A DNA stretch of 64,000 bases from the human T2T-CHM13v2.0 reference genome, Homo sapiens (GCF_009914755.1 NC_060938.1); one strand, 5' to 3'; positions 38,991 through 53,090 are shown, counted from the stretch's first letter. Made by a program: numbers and translations. The notes: generated by a model from the sequence alone, not told the origin.

Positions 38991-39418
38991 TCCATAGTAA
39001 CATTCACTTAGAATCATCCTTAGTCCATACTAGAGTTTTCTGGGTTACAAGGAACCTAGAATGAGCTGGGATAATAGAATTGGATCTTCCTAAAGGAGAC
39101 TTGAGCATTAATGCTGTTACTGAGAAATAAGGTAAACTTCAAAATCCTGGTTCACTGACATTCTCCTTGGTTGGCACCCTTTTCACCTTCATGTTAAATT
39201 GGAGCAGCCAACTTCTTACCATGTATTGCTAAAGTTCATTCAAATGAGGACAGAAAAAAAGATCAATACTATTTAATTTGTAAAAAATTCAAAGACTGAA
39301 GACAATTTGTTTTCCAAAGTCGAGACTAGTTTGTCTCCAAGCCCATCCTGTCTAAGCTTCATGTCCTGGTGAAGTGAATTCCATTTTCCCTATCCCTCGT
39401 CTTCCTTATCTTCCTTCC

Positions 39419-39420
<2 letters not shown>

Positions 39421-39476
<56 letters not shown>
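39421..39476. repeat. Perfect (AC)28
   Basis: Read directly. Confidence 0.97.
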
Positions 39477-39478
<2 letters not shown>

Positions 39479-39937
39479 CTCATTGGAAATCAGTATTATA
39501 TTTTGTGACCTTTAGAAACAAAGAAAATCAAAAATTCTGCCATCTTCTTTTGACCTGAACAAAAGGCTCTTGGGACTTATGTAAATGTAATAAACATTTA
39601 TTAGGAAAAGTTTTATCTTAGAGTTTAAAATTTCTCATGTGAGATTTTATTAGACTTATCATTCACATATTGTAATGAAGCAAGATGATTTCTCCTGGAA
39701 ATTGTTCCCAGTGAGAGCACAATTATTAAATACCATCATCACTGATAATAATTAAACTTTTATCATCTCAGTTTCAACCCTGTCAGATCAAGCTCCCCAG
39801 AGGGGTGACTATGTGTGAGAAGCTTTAGAAAATGGTGTAGTGAATAAACAGTTATAAAGCTAACAAAACAGCTGATTAGCGACAGAGCCTGGGAGTCTGA
39901 TCACTGTGCTAATGCCCTTCTTCAAAAGTCTATTTTA

Positions 39938-40773
39938 TGTTTTCACTTACTACACTTCTGACACCAAATGTATGGTTTTTCTTACACCAACCAATTCTCC
40001 AGACTGTAACCAAGTGTCTACAATTTAATTCAATTCTGACCCTATCTACCCAGAGTCAGTGTCAGACTCTACATGTCAAGTAAGGGCTCAGTCCCACAAA
40101 ACTGCCCTCACTTGGCAATTCTGGGCCCCTCCTACTTTTGACCTACTGCCTGTAAAGTTGGAAGTGTCCCACAACCCACTCCTCAGGTTTAACAGTTTGC
40201 TATAAAAGATCACAGAAGTCAAGAAAACACTTTCCTTACATTTATCACTTTATTATAAAGAATACAACTCAGGAACAGCCAAATGAAAGCAATGCATAAG
40301 GCAAGGTATAGGGCAGGAGGGCAGAGCTTCTACATCCTCTCCAGGTATGCTGCTCACCCAACACTACTATGTGTGCACCAACCCAGGAGCTCTCTGAGCC
40401 CTGTCGTTCAGGGTTTTAAGGAGATTCCATTACTTAGGTATGATTGATTAAATCACTGGACATTGGCATTTAACTCAATCTCTATCCCCTGTCCCCTGTC
40501 TCCCCTGAAGTAGGGAATAAGGGATCGTTCCAAGCCTCTAATCATCTGGTTTGTTTCTCTGGCAACCAGGTGTATATTTAAGCTATCCAGGCTGCCACCA
40601 GAGTGATTTCCTTGGCATAAACTCAGGTATGGTTGAAAGAGGCTTATTACGAATGACTAAAGATGCTTCTCTTACCCCTATCACTCGGGAAATTCCTAAG
40701 GCTTTAGAAAGCTCTTGTGCTTGTGCTAGGAACTGGGGAAAAAGATAAAATACATATTTCATATTATGTCACA
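39938..40773 (-). mobile_element. MER21-type solo LTR
   Basis: cacttctgacaccaaatgt…aattcaattctgac…aagggctcagtcccaca…catatttcatattatgtcaca. Confidence 0.8.
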
Positions 40774-41084
40774 ATATTGCAGACAGTTTTGCAGCATGGC
40801 TGTTTTATTTTTACTGATTTATCCAATGTTTGAGAAAGTTAATCCCCTCCCATTGAGGAATAAGAATGCTAGGAATAAAATATAAAGCAGGTTGGAAGAA
40901 GAATAACATAGGAGCAGTTATTAGAAGAGAATTAATCATAGCTGTTATTTTTAAGCATCAACTCAGTTCTAGGCACTTTTAACTTTAAAACACTTAGCAA
41001 GTGCTAAGTAGGGGCTTATCAATATAAATGATTTACCAGAAATCCACTTACCTAATTGTAAAAAACAGTAGTTAAATCCAGAGC

Positions 41085-41763
41085 TGTTACAGTAGGTAGC
41101 TAGTCAGACATGAGCAGGGTAGGGGAGGGCTGAACACTCCCTACTCACTTACCAAGATATCTCAGGTGATTGTTACAGTATCTCTCTAAAATAACAATTG
41201 GTTGCAGCCAGCACCAGGAAAAGGCAGTCTCCCAAAGGATAGAAACACCTGAAACTAGTGATCAACTGCTTCTTGATAAGATTTCAGGAGTTGGACGAGT
41301 GGGCTCAAGCATGCTCACTAAGAGGCGGAATGGTGGCGTTTAACAGGTATAAGATCATTCTTGAGCACCTCGAGTGAGCATGTGTACAATTTCAGTACAG
41401 ACACTGCACATGCTCCTCTGCCAAGTGCTGGCAAGCCCCTGCGTATGCAAACAGCCCACCCCTAGGGAAGAATCAGGGGAGAAGGGATGCAACCCTCTCC
41501 CCTCGGAAGTATGCCAACATGTAATAACCCTAGTTAAAGGTCAAACAGGGCACTTCATCTCTCAAGTCACCCACTTGACCCTCTTCCAAGTGTACTTTAC
41601 TTCTTTCTATTCCTGCTCTAAAGGTTTTTAATAAACTTTCACTCCTGCTCTAAAACTTGCCTTGCTGTCTCACTCTGCCTTATGCCCCTCGGTGGAATTC
41701 TTTCTTCTGAGGAGGCAAGAATTGAGGTTGCTACAGACCCATATGAATTTGCTACTGCTCACA
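41085..41763 (+). mobile_element. MER50 ERV1 solo LTR
   Basis: tgttacagtaggtagctagtcag…aataaactttcactcctgctc…gaggaggcaagaattgagg…caca; 4-bp TSD GAGC at 41081-84 and 41764-67. Confidence 0.85.
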
Positions 41764-41867
41764 GAGCTACCTGCTTCAAAGTACATGCATAGGTTTTTGT
41801 TTTGTTTAAATACACTGTGATATTTTTTATTTGTGGGAGGAAGGAAAAAATACACGTAAAAGAGACA

Positions 41868-42236
<369 letters not shown>

Positions 42237-44410
42237 TTAATTTCATCGCAGCTGCTTAAAGTACTCAGTCATTAGCGTGGTTGTCTTGAGGATAATCTAG
42301 GTGAGGATGCCTGGACTAAGATTGCTGTGATGTGCACAGGTAATCAAACTTGTGCAGTTGACAAAGATGAGACTAAAACATGGAAAAGCAAAGTATAATT
42401 TTGCATGCTGGAGAGTTTGCAAAACTCACCAGCCTCACTGATCAATAAAAGTCAGTTCAACCATACGGAGCCTTGGGTGCAGCCTCTGCCTTTGAATGGA
42501 TAGGACCTCACAGGACCACACCAAGTTAGAGACAAAATAATCATATATTCACAAATATTAGGGGTGCAAACTTTAAAAAAACCCATTTCCTTTTGGGTAT
42601 TTTGCTTTGTCCTCATTCTTTTCCTTATCTGATTTGAACTTTATAGTCCTGTTTCTTAATTTTCTTAAAATTTGAGAAATGGATGTCTCTAAATGTCACC
42701 GAAACACAAATTTTGGGTACCAGTTCTGGAGGATGAACCAGCCAATAAGCCCCAAATCAGGAGGCTTCAGCAAATGGAAACATTTTTCATGACCATAAAC
42801 TTTTAACTTTTCCACTATCAGTCTAATTGGTTAAAATAGAAATAAAGAAAGGGAACTGTAAATAGCTCCTTGGAGGTGAGGAACAGTCCAAAGCAATAGT
42901 GGAAAAAAGAGGCTGGAGGAGGATGAGGAAGGAAGAGACAGTACAAAAAGCAGAGTGAACAAGTGAAAGAAATGTGAAACTTCATGATTTACTATATGAT
43001 GATTTAAGCATCTTGAAGAACTAAATAGAGTGGACTTCTAAACCACTACTCATTCTTTTGTTTTTATTAACCAATCCAGCATTCCATATAAAGATAAAGC
43101 ATTTTTAACTGATTGATTTATAGTTTTAATGCTAAGACTTCAGGTCAACTCCTCAAAGTTAATTTAAGAAAGAAAGAGGTGGAAGAGGTAAACAGAGGGA
43201 GAAGAGAAAAAGGAGAAAAGTGCTTTAGTAAAAAGCAGGAATATTTATACTAGAACATAAACTCTGAATTTCAGACAAGTAGTCATTTGTAGTGAGCCCA
43301 TTGTAGGGGACCATGAGGATGTCTCTACACCTAAGGATGTCTTTAAACTTACTTCTGTCCGTACTTAGAGTTTAAATAGTCTCCCATATTAAGCAATTCA
43401 AAAATACATACATGAACACACACACACACACAGTGAGGCAGTCTTCTATTTTCTTCAGGTAATCTTTACTCACACTGGAGTTAGAATTATATGGGTTACT
43501 AGGCAAATCTCTGGACTGTAAAATGTGTGTTAGCCATGGAAGCAAGATTTAATATTATAATAAAAGTTGCTCCAAGAGGAGGGCTTAACACTAAAAGGAA
43601 GACGTAGTTCTCCTACTCTGAAGACGGCAGGTTCTTTAGACACTGGGCCAGGGAAGCATTATCTTTATCCCCGAGGGTTCACCTCCATGTTAGTCTGTTC
43701 CTGAGTCTTGCTTTCCATTCTGAGCTGCCATTGTCTCTTCCTGAAGGATGTGTGGGTTGCTGTTTGTTCCCAGGAAGACTGAGGTTTCATCCTTGATGTT
43801 AATCCTTTTGCAAAGTTAATGGTTTGCCTCTTTATCCCTTTACTTAGAGTGTTTCTTTTGAAGTTCCCCATCACAAAGTTTGTATTGCTGTTTCTCAGTG
43901 TTTGAAATCTTGTTAGGTACCAATGAGATCACAATTTGGCTCTGCTCTGTAAAAAGCACTCATTTCATGTTTCACAGACCTCTAGAAAGGTTTGTCCCTT
44001 GGAGGACGTGGCATATTATTTGACATTAATGTTCATGGAGTTAAGTGATCATCAACGAGATAATAGACTCCATGGTAAGGGCTGCTGAACTCAATTTATA
44101 ACATGGCAAAAGAGTCTTCTAAAGAGTAACTCAAACATTGACTTTCTGAGGATCTTTAGAATTTTTGTCAATGCTAATGGCAGCAGCACGTGGGTGTGGC
44201 AAAACTGCTACTCTATTGACATGATTCTGCAAACCCCATCTGGGTAAAAAATTACAGCTGTTTTCCTATAGATGGATTTTTCCATGAAGCTAATGAAGCT
44301 TAAATTTTGGGAATCTTCATTTACATGGACCTCATTCTGGGCAATATAATTTTAATTTGTAATTTTCCATTTTTAATAAAGTAGGTGTCCGAAATTGTGT
44401 AAGTTTCAGG

Positions 44411-44595
44411 TAGGGTTGACAGATTTAGTTAAAACCAACAAACACATAATAAACAAAAATTCAGAACATTAAGTTAAATTTGAATTTCAGATAGACAAAA
44501 ATATTGTTTTTAGTATAAGTATGTCCCATGAAATATTTTCCATGCAATATTTGATAAATATTTATGCTAAAAAATGAAACATTGTTTGTCTGACA
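44411..44595. mobile_element. MER3/MER33-type hAT MITE (partial)
   Basis: tagggttgacagatttag…agttaaatttgaatttcagata…ttagtataagtatgtcccatg. Confidence 0.75.
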
Positions 44596-44869
44596 ATATT
44601 CAAGGTCCTGGGGAATTAGCAGTGAACAAAACAAACAAATAATGTTCTTTTCTATTGGAAATTATAGAAATTAACCCAATAGGTGAAATATATAGTGTGT
44701 ATAATATTGATTTTATTTTTACTGAGCAACTTTTAATATGCTTAGAAAAGCTGAATTAAAATATTTCCCTACAGGTATAAGAAGAAGAAGTAGGAGAAAC
44801 AAAATAAGGAGGAGAAGAAGTAAAATAATTTGAGAAGGAATATGAAGGTAATATAGAAATAAATTTTGT

Positions 44870-46720
44870 TTTCAATATTAGGCTTTATTTTTAGAGCAGT
44901 TTTAGATTCACAGAGAACTTCTGTATATAACCACTTGCCTCTAGATTAAGCTAAATTTGAGTTTATACTGATTTCTCCAAAGCCAATCTATGATTGCTTG
45001 GATAATGCTTATCTCCTTCCCTTGCTTTATCTGTAAATTCCTATTCCAACAGTGAGAAGTTTGGCTCTCACCATCCACTGTTCCTTTATTTAATTGTTCA
45101 ATTCCAGGGCATATATGCAGTAGTTTCAAAGTTGGTAACTAGTGCTTGCCAGGAGGCTACTTTACCAAATAGAGTACAGTGCTTACAGGCAGTTTCTTTT
45201 GCCCTTACTCTTACAGACTTTACTCATTTACAAAGTTACTCAGCTCAGCATCTTCCTCTCCTCACCATCTTCGGTGAGATTGTTTCAATAATCTACTAGA
45301 GACACAGGTGTAATTTCACCATTATTTGCCATACAATGAAATGTTCCTGTTGCGCATGTGTTATTTTGGAATCCCTGGACCTTCTAAATGTTTCTTTTTT
45401 CTTACCTTTTAATTTTAAAGTTTACCCCCTTATGCTTTAAAGTTACATGGGTTTTGGGTCAAATGGTATTTCTAGTTCTAGATCCCTGAGGAATCTCCAC
45501 ACTGACTTCCACAATGGTTGAACTAGTTTACAGTCCCACCAACAGTGTAAAAGTGTTCCTATGTCTCCACATCCTCTCCAGCACCTGTTGTTTCCTGACT
45601 TTTTAATGATTGCCATTCTAACTGGCGTGAGACGGTATCTCATTGTGGTTTTGATTTGCATTTCTCTGATGGCCAGTGATGATGAGCATTTTTTCATGTG
45701 TTTTTTGGCTGCATAAATGTCTTCTTTTGAGAAGTGTCTGTTCATGTCCTTCGCCCACTTTTTGATGGGGTTGTTTGTTTTTTTCTTAACAATGAGATCA
45801 CATGGACACAGAAAGGGGAATATCACACTCTGGGGACTGTGGTGGGGTGGGGGGAGGGGGGAGGGATAGCATTGGGAGATATACCTAATGCTAGATGACG
45901 AGTTAGTGGGTGCAGTGCACCAGCATGGCACATGTATACATATGTAACTAACCCGCACAATGTGCACATGTACCCTAAAACTTAAAGTATAAAAAAAAAT
46001 TTAAAAAAATTAAAAAAAAGTTACATGGGTTTTGACAAATGCATAATGTCATGTATCCACCTTTATAGTATCAGGCAAAATAGTTTCAATGCCCTAAAAC
46101 AATACTGTGCTTCACCTATTCATGCCTTCCCTTTCCTTAATACCTGGGAATCAATAATCATTTTAATGTCTCAATAGTTTTGCCTTTTTTGAGACATTGT
46201 ATAATTGGGAATATATAGTATATAGCCTTTTCTTAAACTTAGCAATATGTATTTAAGATTCCTCTATGTCTTTTTTGTGGCTTGATAGCTCATTTCATTT
46301 TTACCACTATATAATATTCCATAGCATGACTGAATCCCAGTTTGTGTATCCATTCATATTGGAAGATATCCTGGTTGCTTCCAGTTTTTTGTGATTATGA
46401 ATGAAAGTGCTATAAATATTCATATGCAGGATTTTGTGTGGGCATAAAATTGTAACTGAAATGGATAAATAGCCAGGGACACAACTGCTGGATTGTATAT
46501 TAAAACTATATTTAAGTTTGTAAAAAAACTGCCAAAATATCTTCCAGAACGATGGTACCATTTTGAATTCTCATTAGCGATGAAAGAAGGTTTCTACTGT
46601 CCCATCGCCTATTCAGTTTTTTTAAAGCCATTCTAATACTTATATATCAATAGCTCATTTTTGCTTTAATTTGCAATTTTCTGAGGATAAATCATATTGA
46701 ACATTTTATGATATGCCTAG
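44870..46720 (-). mobile_element. L1MC/MD-type 3' region (host of a young L1PA2)
   Basis: ttttagagcagttttagattcacag…; tgggttttgacaaatgcataatgtcatgtatcca; gtggcttgatagctcattt. Confidence 0.75.
45457..46016 (+). mobile_element. 5'-inverted, truncated L1PA2-type insertion (inverted ORF2 C-terminal part 45457-45787; sense 3' UTR plus tail 45788-46016)
   Basis: 18-bp TSD AAAGTTACATGGGTTTTG at 45439-56 and 46017-34; TT/AAAG endonuclease site; 3'UTR gagatcacatgg, gatgacGAGttagtgg, cacaatgtgcac; minus strand encodes ORF2p [19 protein letters not shown]…[18 protein letters not shown]…IPFDP. Confidence 0.93.
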
Positions 46721-47159
46721 AAAAGCAGAGTTTTAATAGATATTTTAAAGAAAACATTTGTAAAAATAGAGTGATACCAAAGCAATGATTAATGTATAAT
46801 AACTAATAGTAATAAACTTTAGGATTTAGAATTACCCTGTAGCATCTGTGAAGGTAGGAAAGTAAGTTATATATAAAAGAATGCAACCGGAATTTTGCAT
46901 ATTTCAAACTTTACTTGGGTAAAGTTCTCATAGATGGAAAAAAAGATAAATTTTATTCTGTTTTTATTGTGATGGATGACTCAGTTTTAGTAATTTGAGA
47001 AGGATACCCAAGGATAGTTTCCCAAAGTTATATTTGGGTAGTTAAGAAAGGCTCTTTCTCAAAAAAGAACTCCATATTGCTACAGTATTTCTACTGAGGC
47101 TAAGTGCTCAGTGCTAAGATTCACCCTTCTCATAGATGTATTAATACAGGCAAAAATAC

Positions 47160-47330
47160 CAAGAGACCCTGTTAGACAGGCCCCATGATTATCTTCTTTT
47201 TTTTTTTTTAACAAAAGCTAAGAAATAGACAACCTAAATATATTATCCGAAGTCCACAGCAATGTGTGACAAATCCGAGATTTAAAATCAGGCTATATGG
47301 CCATAGAATCTGGCTTTTTAATCACCCCAG
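47160..47330 (+). mobile_element. MIR fragment
   Basis: agtccacagcaatgtgtgacaaatccgagatttaaaatcagg…gctttttaatcac. Confidence 0.5.
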
Positions 47331-48935
47331 CCTATCACCTATCTTACACAACTTGTCCTATTACAAGTCAATAGGAAAAGCTGAGAAAGATAATAAAAAG
47401 TGAGACTTTTCTGTAAAATGAAATTGTACCATCTCTTGAAAGAATACAAATTCTTCACAGTGAGTTAAATAGGTATGATAAAAACTCACCTCTTTGTGGT
47501 TACAGAAATCCAGAATTTTAGATCTGGAAGAAACCTAGGAAAACATTCTGAAATTTCCATTTTATAAAAAGAGGACTTGGAAGCCGGAAACATACATTGT
47601 CTTTCCAGAATTGATACAAACTTGGGTTAACAGCTGCCATAAGTCTCTGAGCTAGTGTTGTTTTTAATGACATCATTATTTTCTATAAGAACATTACAAA
47701 AATTGTAGATTAACATTTCTTTTAAAATCATTTTGGTTAACCTGTCATTTGGGGAGTAAAGCCTCAAAATGCTTTAATTGTGGGGAAGGAGCTAGGACTG
47801 CACTTACATTTCTTATCTCTGTTGCATCAGGTAAGTACAAATAAAGCTTGCTGTGGGCTGGCTGCCATGATAAACCCTTATGCTAATCATCATTTCATTT
47901 AAATATAAATTATTATCTTGCTTCCAAAGGAAGTCACGTAAATCTAACTAGCAAAGAGTGTTTCTGTTTTCTTTCCCAAGTGACAGAAGGAGTGCCTCAA
48001 TAATTTGATCCTCATTATTATAATATCAAATGAAAACTCTTGTGAATGAGGTTGCCTTTATTTTTTTAAGAGATCAGGAAGAAGGTGATAGCTAGCTGTG
48101 TGCTTTTAATTCCTTGGGTTGCATCCTGGTCTCAATACAAGACCAGAAAATGAAAAAAGGTAGCTGGAAATAATGCATCCAATTATTTTGTTATTTAGAT
48201 TTTATTGGTGGAACAGAGAAAGGAAAAGCAGTTAAGAAAACAAAGCTCAAGGTAATTTCAATTCATAGCTTTCATAGCGTTTGATAAATCTTCCTGGGAA
48301 ATAAATAGCAGCAAGAGACAGGGAGCTGGGGAATCCTTTCAGTTTGTTTTGTAAATGGGGAAGTATATTGGAGTGTAATTAAAAGCTTAAATAATATAAT
48401 TAATGAAATTTTGAGTGTGTCTATCACTAGATATTAATTATCTTGTTGCCACTATAACAGATAATGGCATCATTCTTTCTGATTAGTGTGAGGTACACAT
48501 TCCAAATATGGATGCTATGGAACCAAAATGAATTGCTTACCAAACTAAATATTTTTTAAAAAACAGACATTTTCATTAATACTAACTCAAGGTGTTGGAG
48601 AATGATGAAATATGCCAATGAACATGTTTTCTTCCTGGCTAAAAATCAAGCTTATGAAGAATCTAATAAAAAATAAACTTTGCAGAAAAGGAAGACGATG
48701 AAAATGAATTAATACTACAAGAAGAAACACGTTATTTAAAAAGAGAGGAAAAGAGCAATATACTGAATTACAAAAGCAAAAATGTTATTAATAGAATGTA
48801 AGAAATCCTAGCAAGAATCATGGAAATAAAAACAAGCAGATGTTAGACAGTGGTGTTCTCTCAAGCCTAAGTTCTATCACAAGTCAGCTTATTCACAGAA
48901 TGGCTTGTGTGTTAGCTTGGCTGTCTAGATCCCAT

Positions 48936-49492
48936 AGGGAAGCCAGAGATCACCTCCAACCTCCCTTTAACTCTCATGTGGGCTCTTCAGCTGGATCTAG
49001 AAACCAAATTGACAGCAGGCAAGCTAACAAGAGAAAAGCATACAGGTTGTATTAGTTTTACATGTACACGGGGATGTTTACAAGAGCATGAAGTCGGATG
49101 TTTTTATACTTTTTAGACAAAGAATGATAAATTCAAGAAGAAATGACATAACAAAGGTGATCTGCCTAGAAGTAAATTTCTAGGAAAGTCACTAGGAGAT
49201 ATATGCAAGGGAGGGGGCTGTAAAACTAGTTGAAGATAAGCGTTACTTTGGTAAGCATAATTATTCAGGTCCTCTGAAGCCTCCAATTCCCAGTCTCTGA
49301 TGATAAAGGCTACTTTCTTCTTCTGGCACAGGAAAAGTATCCCTCCCAGAGAAATCTTTACGGCTTGTGCACACAGCAAGAAACAAGCTAGATAGCCCTT
49401 TCTAAAACTGCAATTTCTGTACTGTTTTCAACTTGAAAGAATCAATATACTAATTAGGCATATTTTAGAACGGCACGTCCTTCATGCCTTCA
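48936..49492 (-). mobile_element. MER4-group ERV1 solo LTR (similar class to 34421-34963)
   Basis: aaattgacagcaggcaagctaacaagagaaaagcatac…caatatac…ggcatattttagaacggcacgtccttcatgccttca. Confidence 0.6.
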
Positions 49493-49744
49493 ATCTCTAA
49501 GATACTCAGTTCCAATACAGAACATGAGTCCTGGGTAGGAGACCCAGGCCATTCTTGACCCTGTAGTGTTCCCATGTGCTGTTGTTTTAGGAAGACATAC
49601 TTCTCATCTGTGTGTCTAAGCCATAGAGTACCATGACCCCTTGGAGATAATAATGCCAGACTCGGAATTATTGGAATACTAATGCTGCATAGTCCACAAA
49701 TCCCAGTGATATATAGCAAAATTGATTTGTCACACATCTCACCA

Positions 49745-50095
49745 CAAGGCTGTCTTATCTAGCCTGTGTACAACTAGGCAGCTCTAAGTCATATGTCCCT
49801 TATTCTTCTCCTGGGCCCAGTAGGCTAGCCTAGGCATGCCTATCTCTTGGCCATGGCAGAAGCACAAGAGTGAGTTTGACTGTACAAGTACTTTCCATAA
49901 GAGTATTTTTTTCCTAGTAATATTATGCCTGCTAACATTGTATTACATAGAACAAATTATATGGTTAAGTCTAGACTCAAGTGATAAAGCAATACCACTA
50001 TACCTCTTTAGTGGCAGGTAATACAAAGTTACATTGCAAAGGTCAGCTTTATAGGAAGTGGTGAAGGGTTGTGGCCTTTTATGTAACCTACCATA
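49745..50095 (-). mobile_element. Old MLT1 (H/I-like) LTR remnant
   Basis: ccagtaggctagcctaggcatg…tgcctgctaacattg…caaagttacattgcaaagg…taacctaccata. Confidence 0.5.
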
Positions 50096-52649
50096 GGAAA
50101 AAATCAAACCTATCAGCAGCCATATTGAACAAAAATAGCAGGAAAATGGTTTCCCATAATACTTTCTATAATTTAGGTTAAGTCTTTCAATCACTCTGTA
50201 GTTAAAATGATTAGTTACCCTATCATGTAGTTAGTGTCAATTGTAATTATTTTGAGGTTGCAAATTACTCTTGCAGGTAAACAGATACAGTATTAGGAGA
50301 AAATGTAGGTATGTGCATTAACTCTCTTATTTTGTCTTATTTTCAACTTACCCTTACCTTTTTCAACTCTCACTTAGAAAACGTGATTTTGCTATGTTTA
50401 CTTTCATGAAGCACGTCAAATCTTTCAAGGATGATATAAAATATTAACAAATTATCAATATGAGATCTTAAAATCAAAGTTAAAGTGAAAAACAAAATTA
50501 GAATATTATCTAGTTTTTCTCCCACACTTTACAGATGATATAACCAAACTACAAAGAAAATATATGACTTGTAAATATTTCGATGAGATACTTCGGAAGA
50601 GAAGTTTTTTGGTGATGTGCTATTATTTTATATTTCAGTTTATTGGGCAAGTTGTTACAAAATAAACTAGTTTGCTCCATCATTTTCCTTGTACTATATC
50701 ATACATAATTACTGACCCTTATGCAAATGTCTACAAAAATCGTGTACTGAAAAATGTTGATTTTATTTTATTGCTTTTTATCAACACAAATAGGTACTTT
50801 ATTTCTATAAAGAATTTTCTAATTTTAAGCTTCTAAATGCTTTCTCTGCTTTTCTCTGCTTAAATATATTTCTCTTTCTAAATGTTACTTCAAGAATTGT
50901 GGATAAGAGTTTATTCAGGATTATTTGGCTATATTATAAAATACATTTGTTTTAAATATGCCCAGAAACTGAAACTAGCCTGAGAAGGAAGATACTGAGT
51001 CAGATGGAGCCATTTATATATGGAGATCCAGGATTTATAAGATCCATACCATTGAATTTGAAGTAAGGATACGATCAAGCTGATAATCCAAAGTGCACTA
51101 ACTTCTAAGGACGGAAATGTTTCTCTGGGGCTATCATTGCACCCTCGCTCTCTGGAATTTCGGTATCATGAGAACACATAAGTAAGAGCCAAAATTCATA
51201 GGGATTCTGCCTGGAGAGGAACACAGGGATTCTGAAATAACCATGACATACATAAGTACCTCCAATTATTTGCCTCTCAGACAAAGCCAGCAGCTGTTGA
51301 AATATGGTAAGAAAAATGGTTCAGGGGTTTTCCCCCATGACTCAAGACAAGCATTTACATTATTTACACACTCAATGTCTCTTCTGACTTATGATTGCCT
51401 TACAATCTATGGAATATATTTAGTGTCCCTGTGGAAGCAATTATACATGAAACATCAACATATATTTATATAGTAGACAGCACTTTCATAGGTCCCTGCA
51501 GTGTATTTTAACAGTAGTGGAAACTAAAGTTTTGGTGTAATGTGTTTTTATCTATCATTCAGATCAAAGAATACCCAGTACTTGAAAAGTTTAGAAAGCA
51601 GTTGAAAGTTACATAGAGATGTAGAAAGCATTAAAGTGGTAGAAATTAATTAAAAGTCTTAGAATATATGAGCTGTAATTAGACTGGGTTTTAATGTTTA
51701 GTTTGTTAATATTTAAATATAAACCTCACAATGGAACTTGGCAATTTAAGAGATTTACAGATAATTTATCCTTAAAAGTATGAAGGATGTCTGTTACTCA
51801 AATATCCATCCCATTAAATTGAAAAGTTTTAAGTATTGATTCTTCTGTAAATAATAGAAGACTCCATTAAATTCCTTTACAGTTCTGTACATCTAGACTA
51901 AAATGAAACACCAAAATATGAAATTATCTCAAAATGAAAACATCTCAAAATTGAGGAATTTACTTTCCTACAATTTGGAAATTTTTGATAATTAAAAAAA
52001 CAGTTATAGCATGAAAAGCAAATAGGAAGAGTACTTGTATATTCACTGACATTAAAGCCTTCTTCAAATATATTACTAAAGAGAAAGATAGGTATTGATT
52101 GATATGAGCTTCAGGTAATATTTTGCCTACAGCATGTCTCCAAAAATCTACTAGATTTTTAAAGTAGTGTAATCTATTCAATAAAGTTAGCTATTTGGAT
52201 GTTAGTCTCTCCGTATGCCAAGGAAAAAAGTGTTACTATCTACCTATATAACTGAGTTTAATAAGTAAATAAAGAGATCATTCTTTTAAGATACGTTAAA
52301 TGTTTCAGGTTCATGATAACATTTGTTGCATGACATTAAACCACAACAACGGAAAAAAGTATGAACTCATTTGCTATTATCTAACCATATTAAAAATATT
52401 TTACTCATAAAAGTTTAAAGACATCAACAGTAATAAAATAACTTAGAAAACATCTTGCATATGCAATTCTTGAGAAATAGTTATTTACAAAATAACTAAC
52501 TGGTGAAAGAGCAGGACATCTTAATAATTCAGTTGGTAAACTTCCACGAATTAGATAAACCATTAACACTCTTTCAGTAATAAACATTCTCTATGAATAA
52601 AGAGAACTGAATAAAGAACACAATGTTTATATTCTTTATTTCAATAATT

Positions 52650-53090
52650 CAATTTCTAAGAATAAAATCTTAGAGGTCTGATTATTCTTTTCAAAGATTT
52701 ATACTTAGATAAACCAAAACTACACACAATATAAATGTTCATTTTTACAGGAAATATTTAAATAAAGTGGGCCTATGCATACTATAAAATACTATGAAGC
52801 TTTTAAACTAATGCTTATAATTTTTTAAACAAATAGACAAAAATATTATGATATAATTATAAGTGAGGAAGGAGGCTATGCAGTTTATATACATTATTGA
52901 TCTCAATTATAAAAAACGTGCATCATAAATAGAGAAAAGGAAATGATCTAAAATGTCCATATTTGATGGTGGTTTTGTTTTGGGTTATTGCCATTTTCTT
53001 TTGATGATATATATTTTACAACGGACCTATATAGTGCTATGGTTATTTTTTAAATGTTTTAAAAATTAAAACATAAAAATATATCATTAA
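52650..53090 (+). mobile_element. Decayed L1ME 3' end
   Basis: taaatgttca…ggaaatatttaaataaagtggg…aatactatgaagc…aagtgaggaaggaggctatgca. Confidence 0.5.

Noticed and set aside
45833-45866. G-quadruplex-like tract
   Set aside because: Standard G-rich tract of the L1 3'UTR
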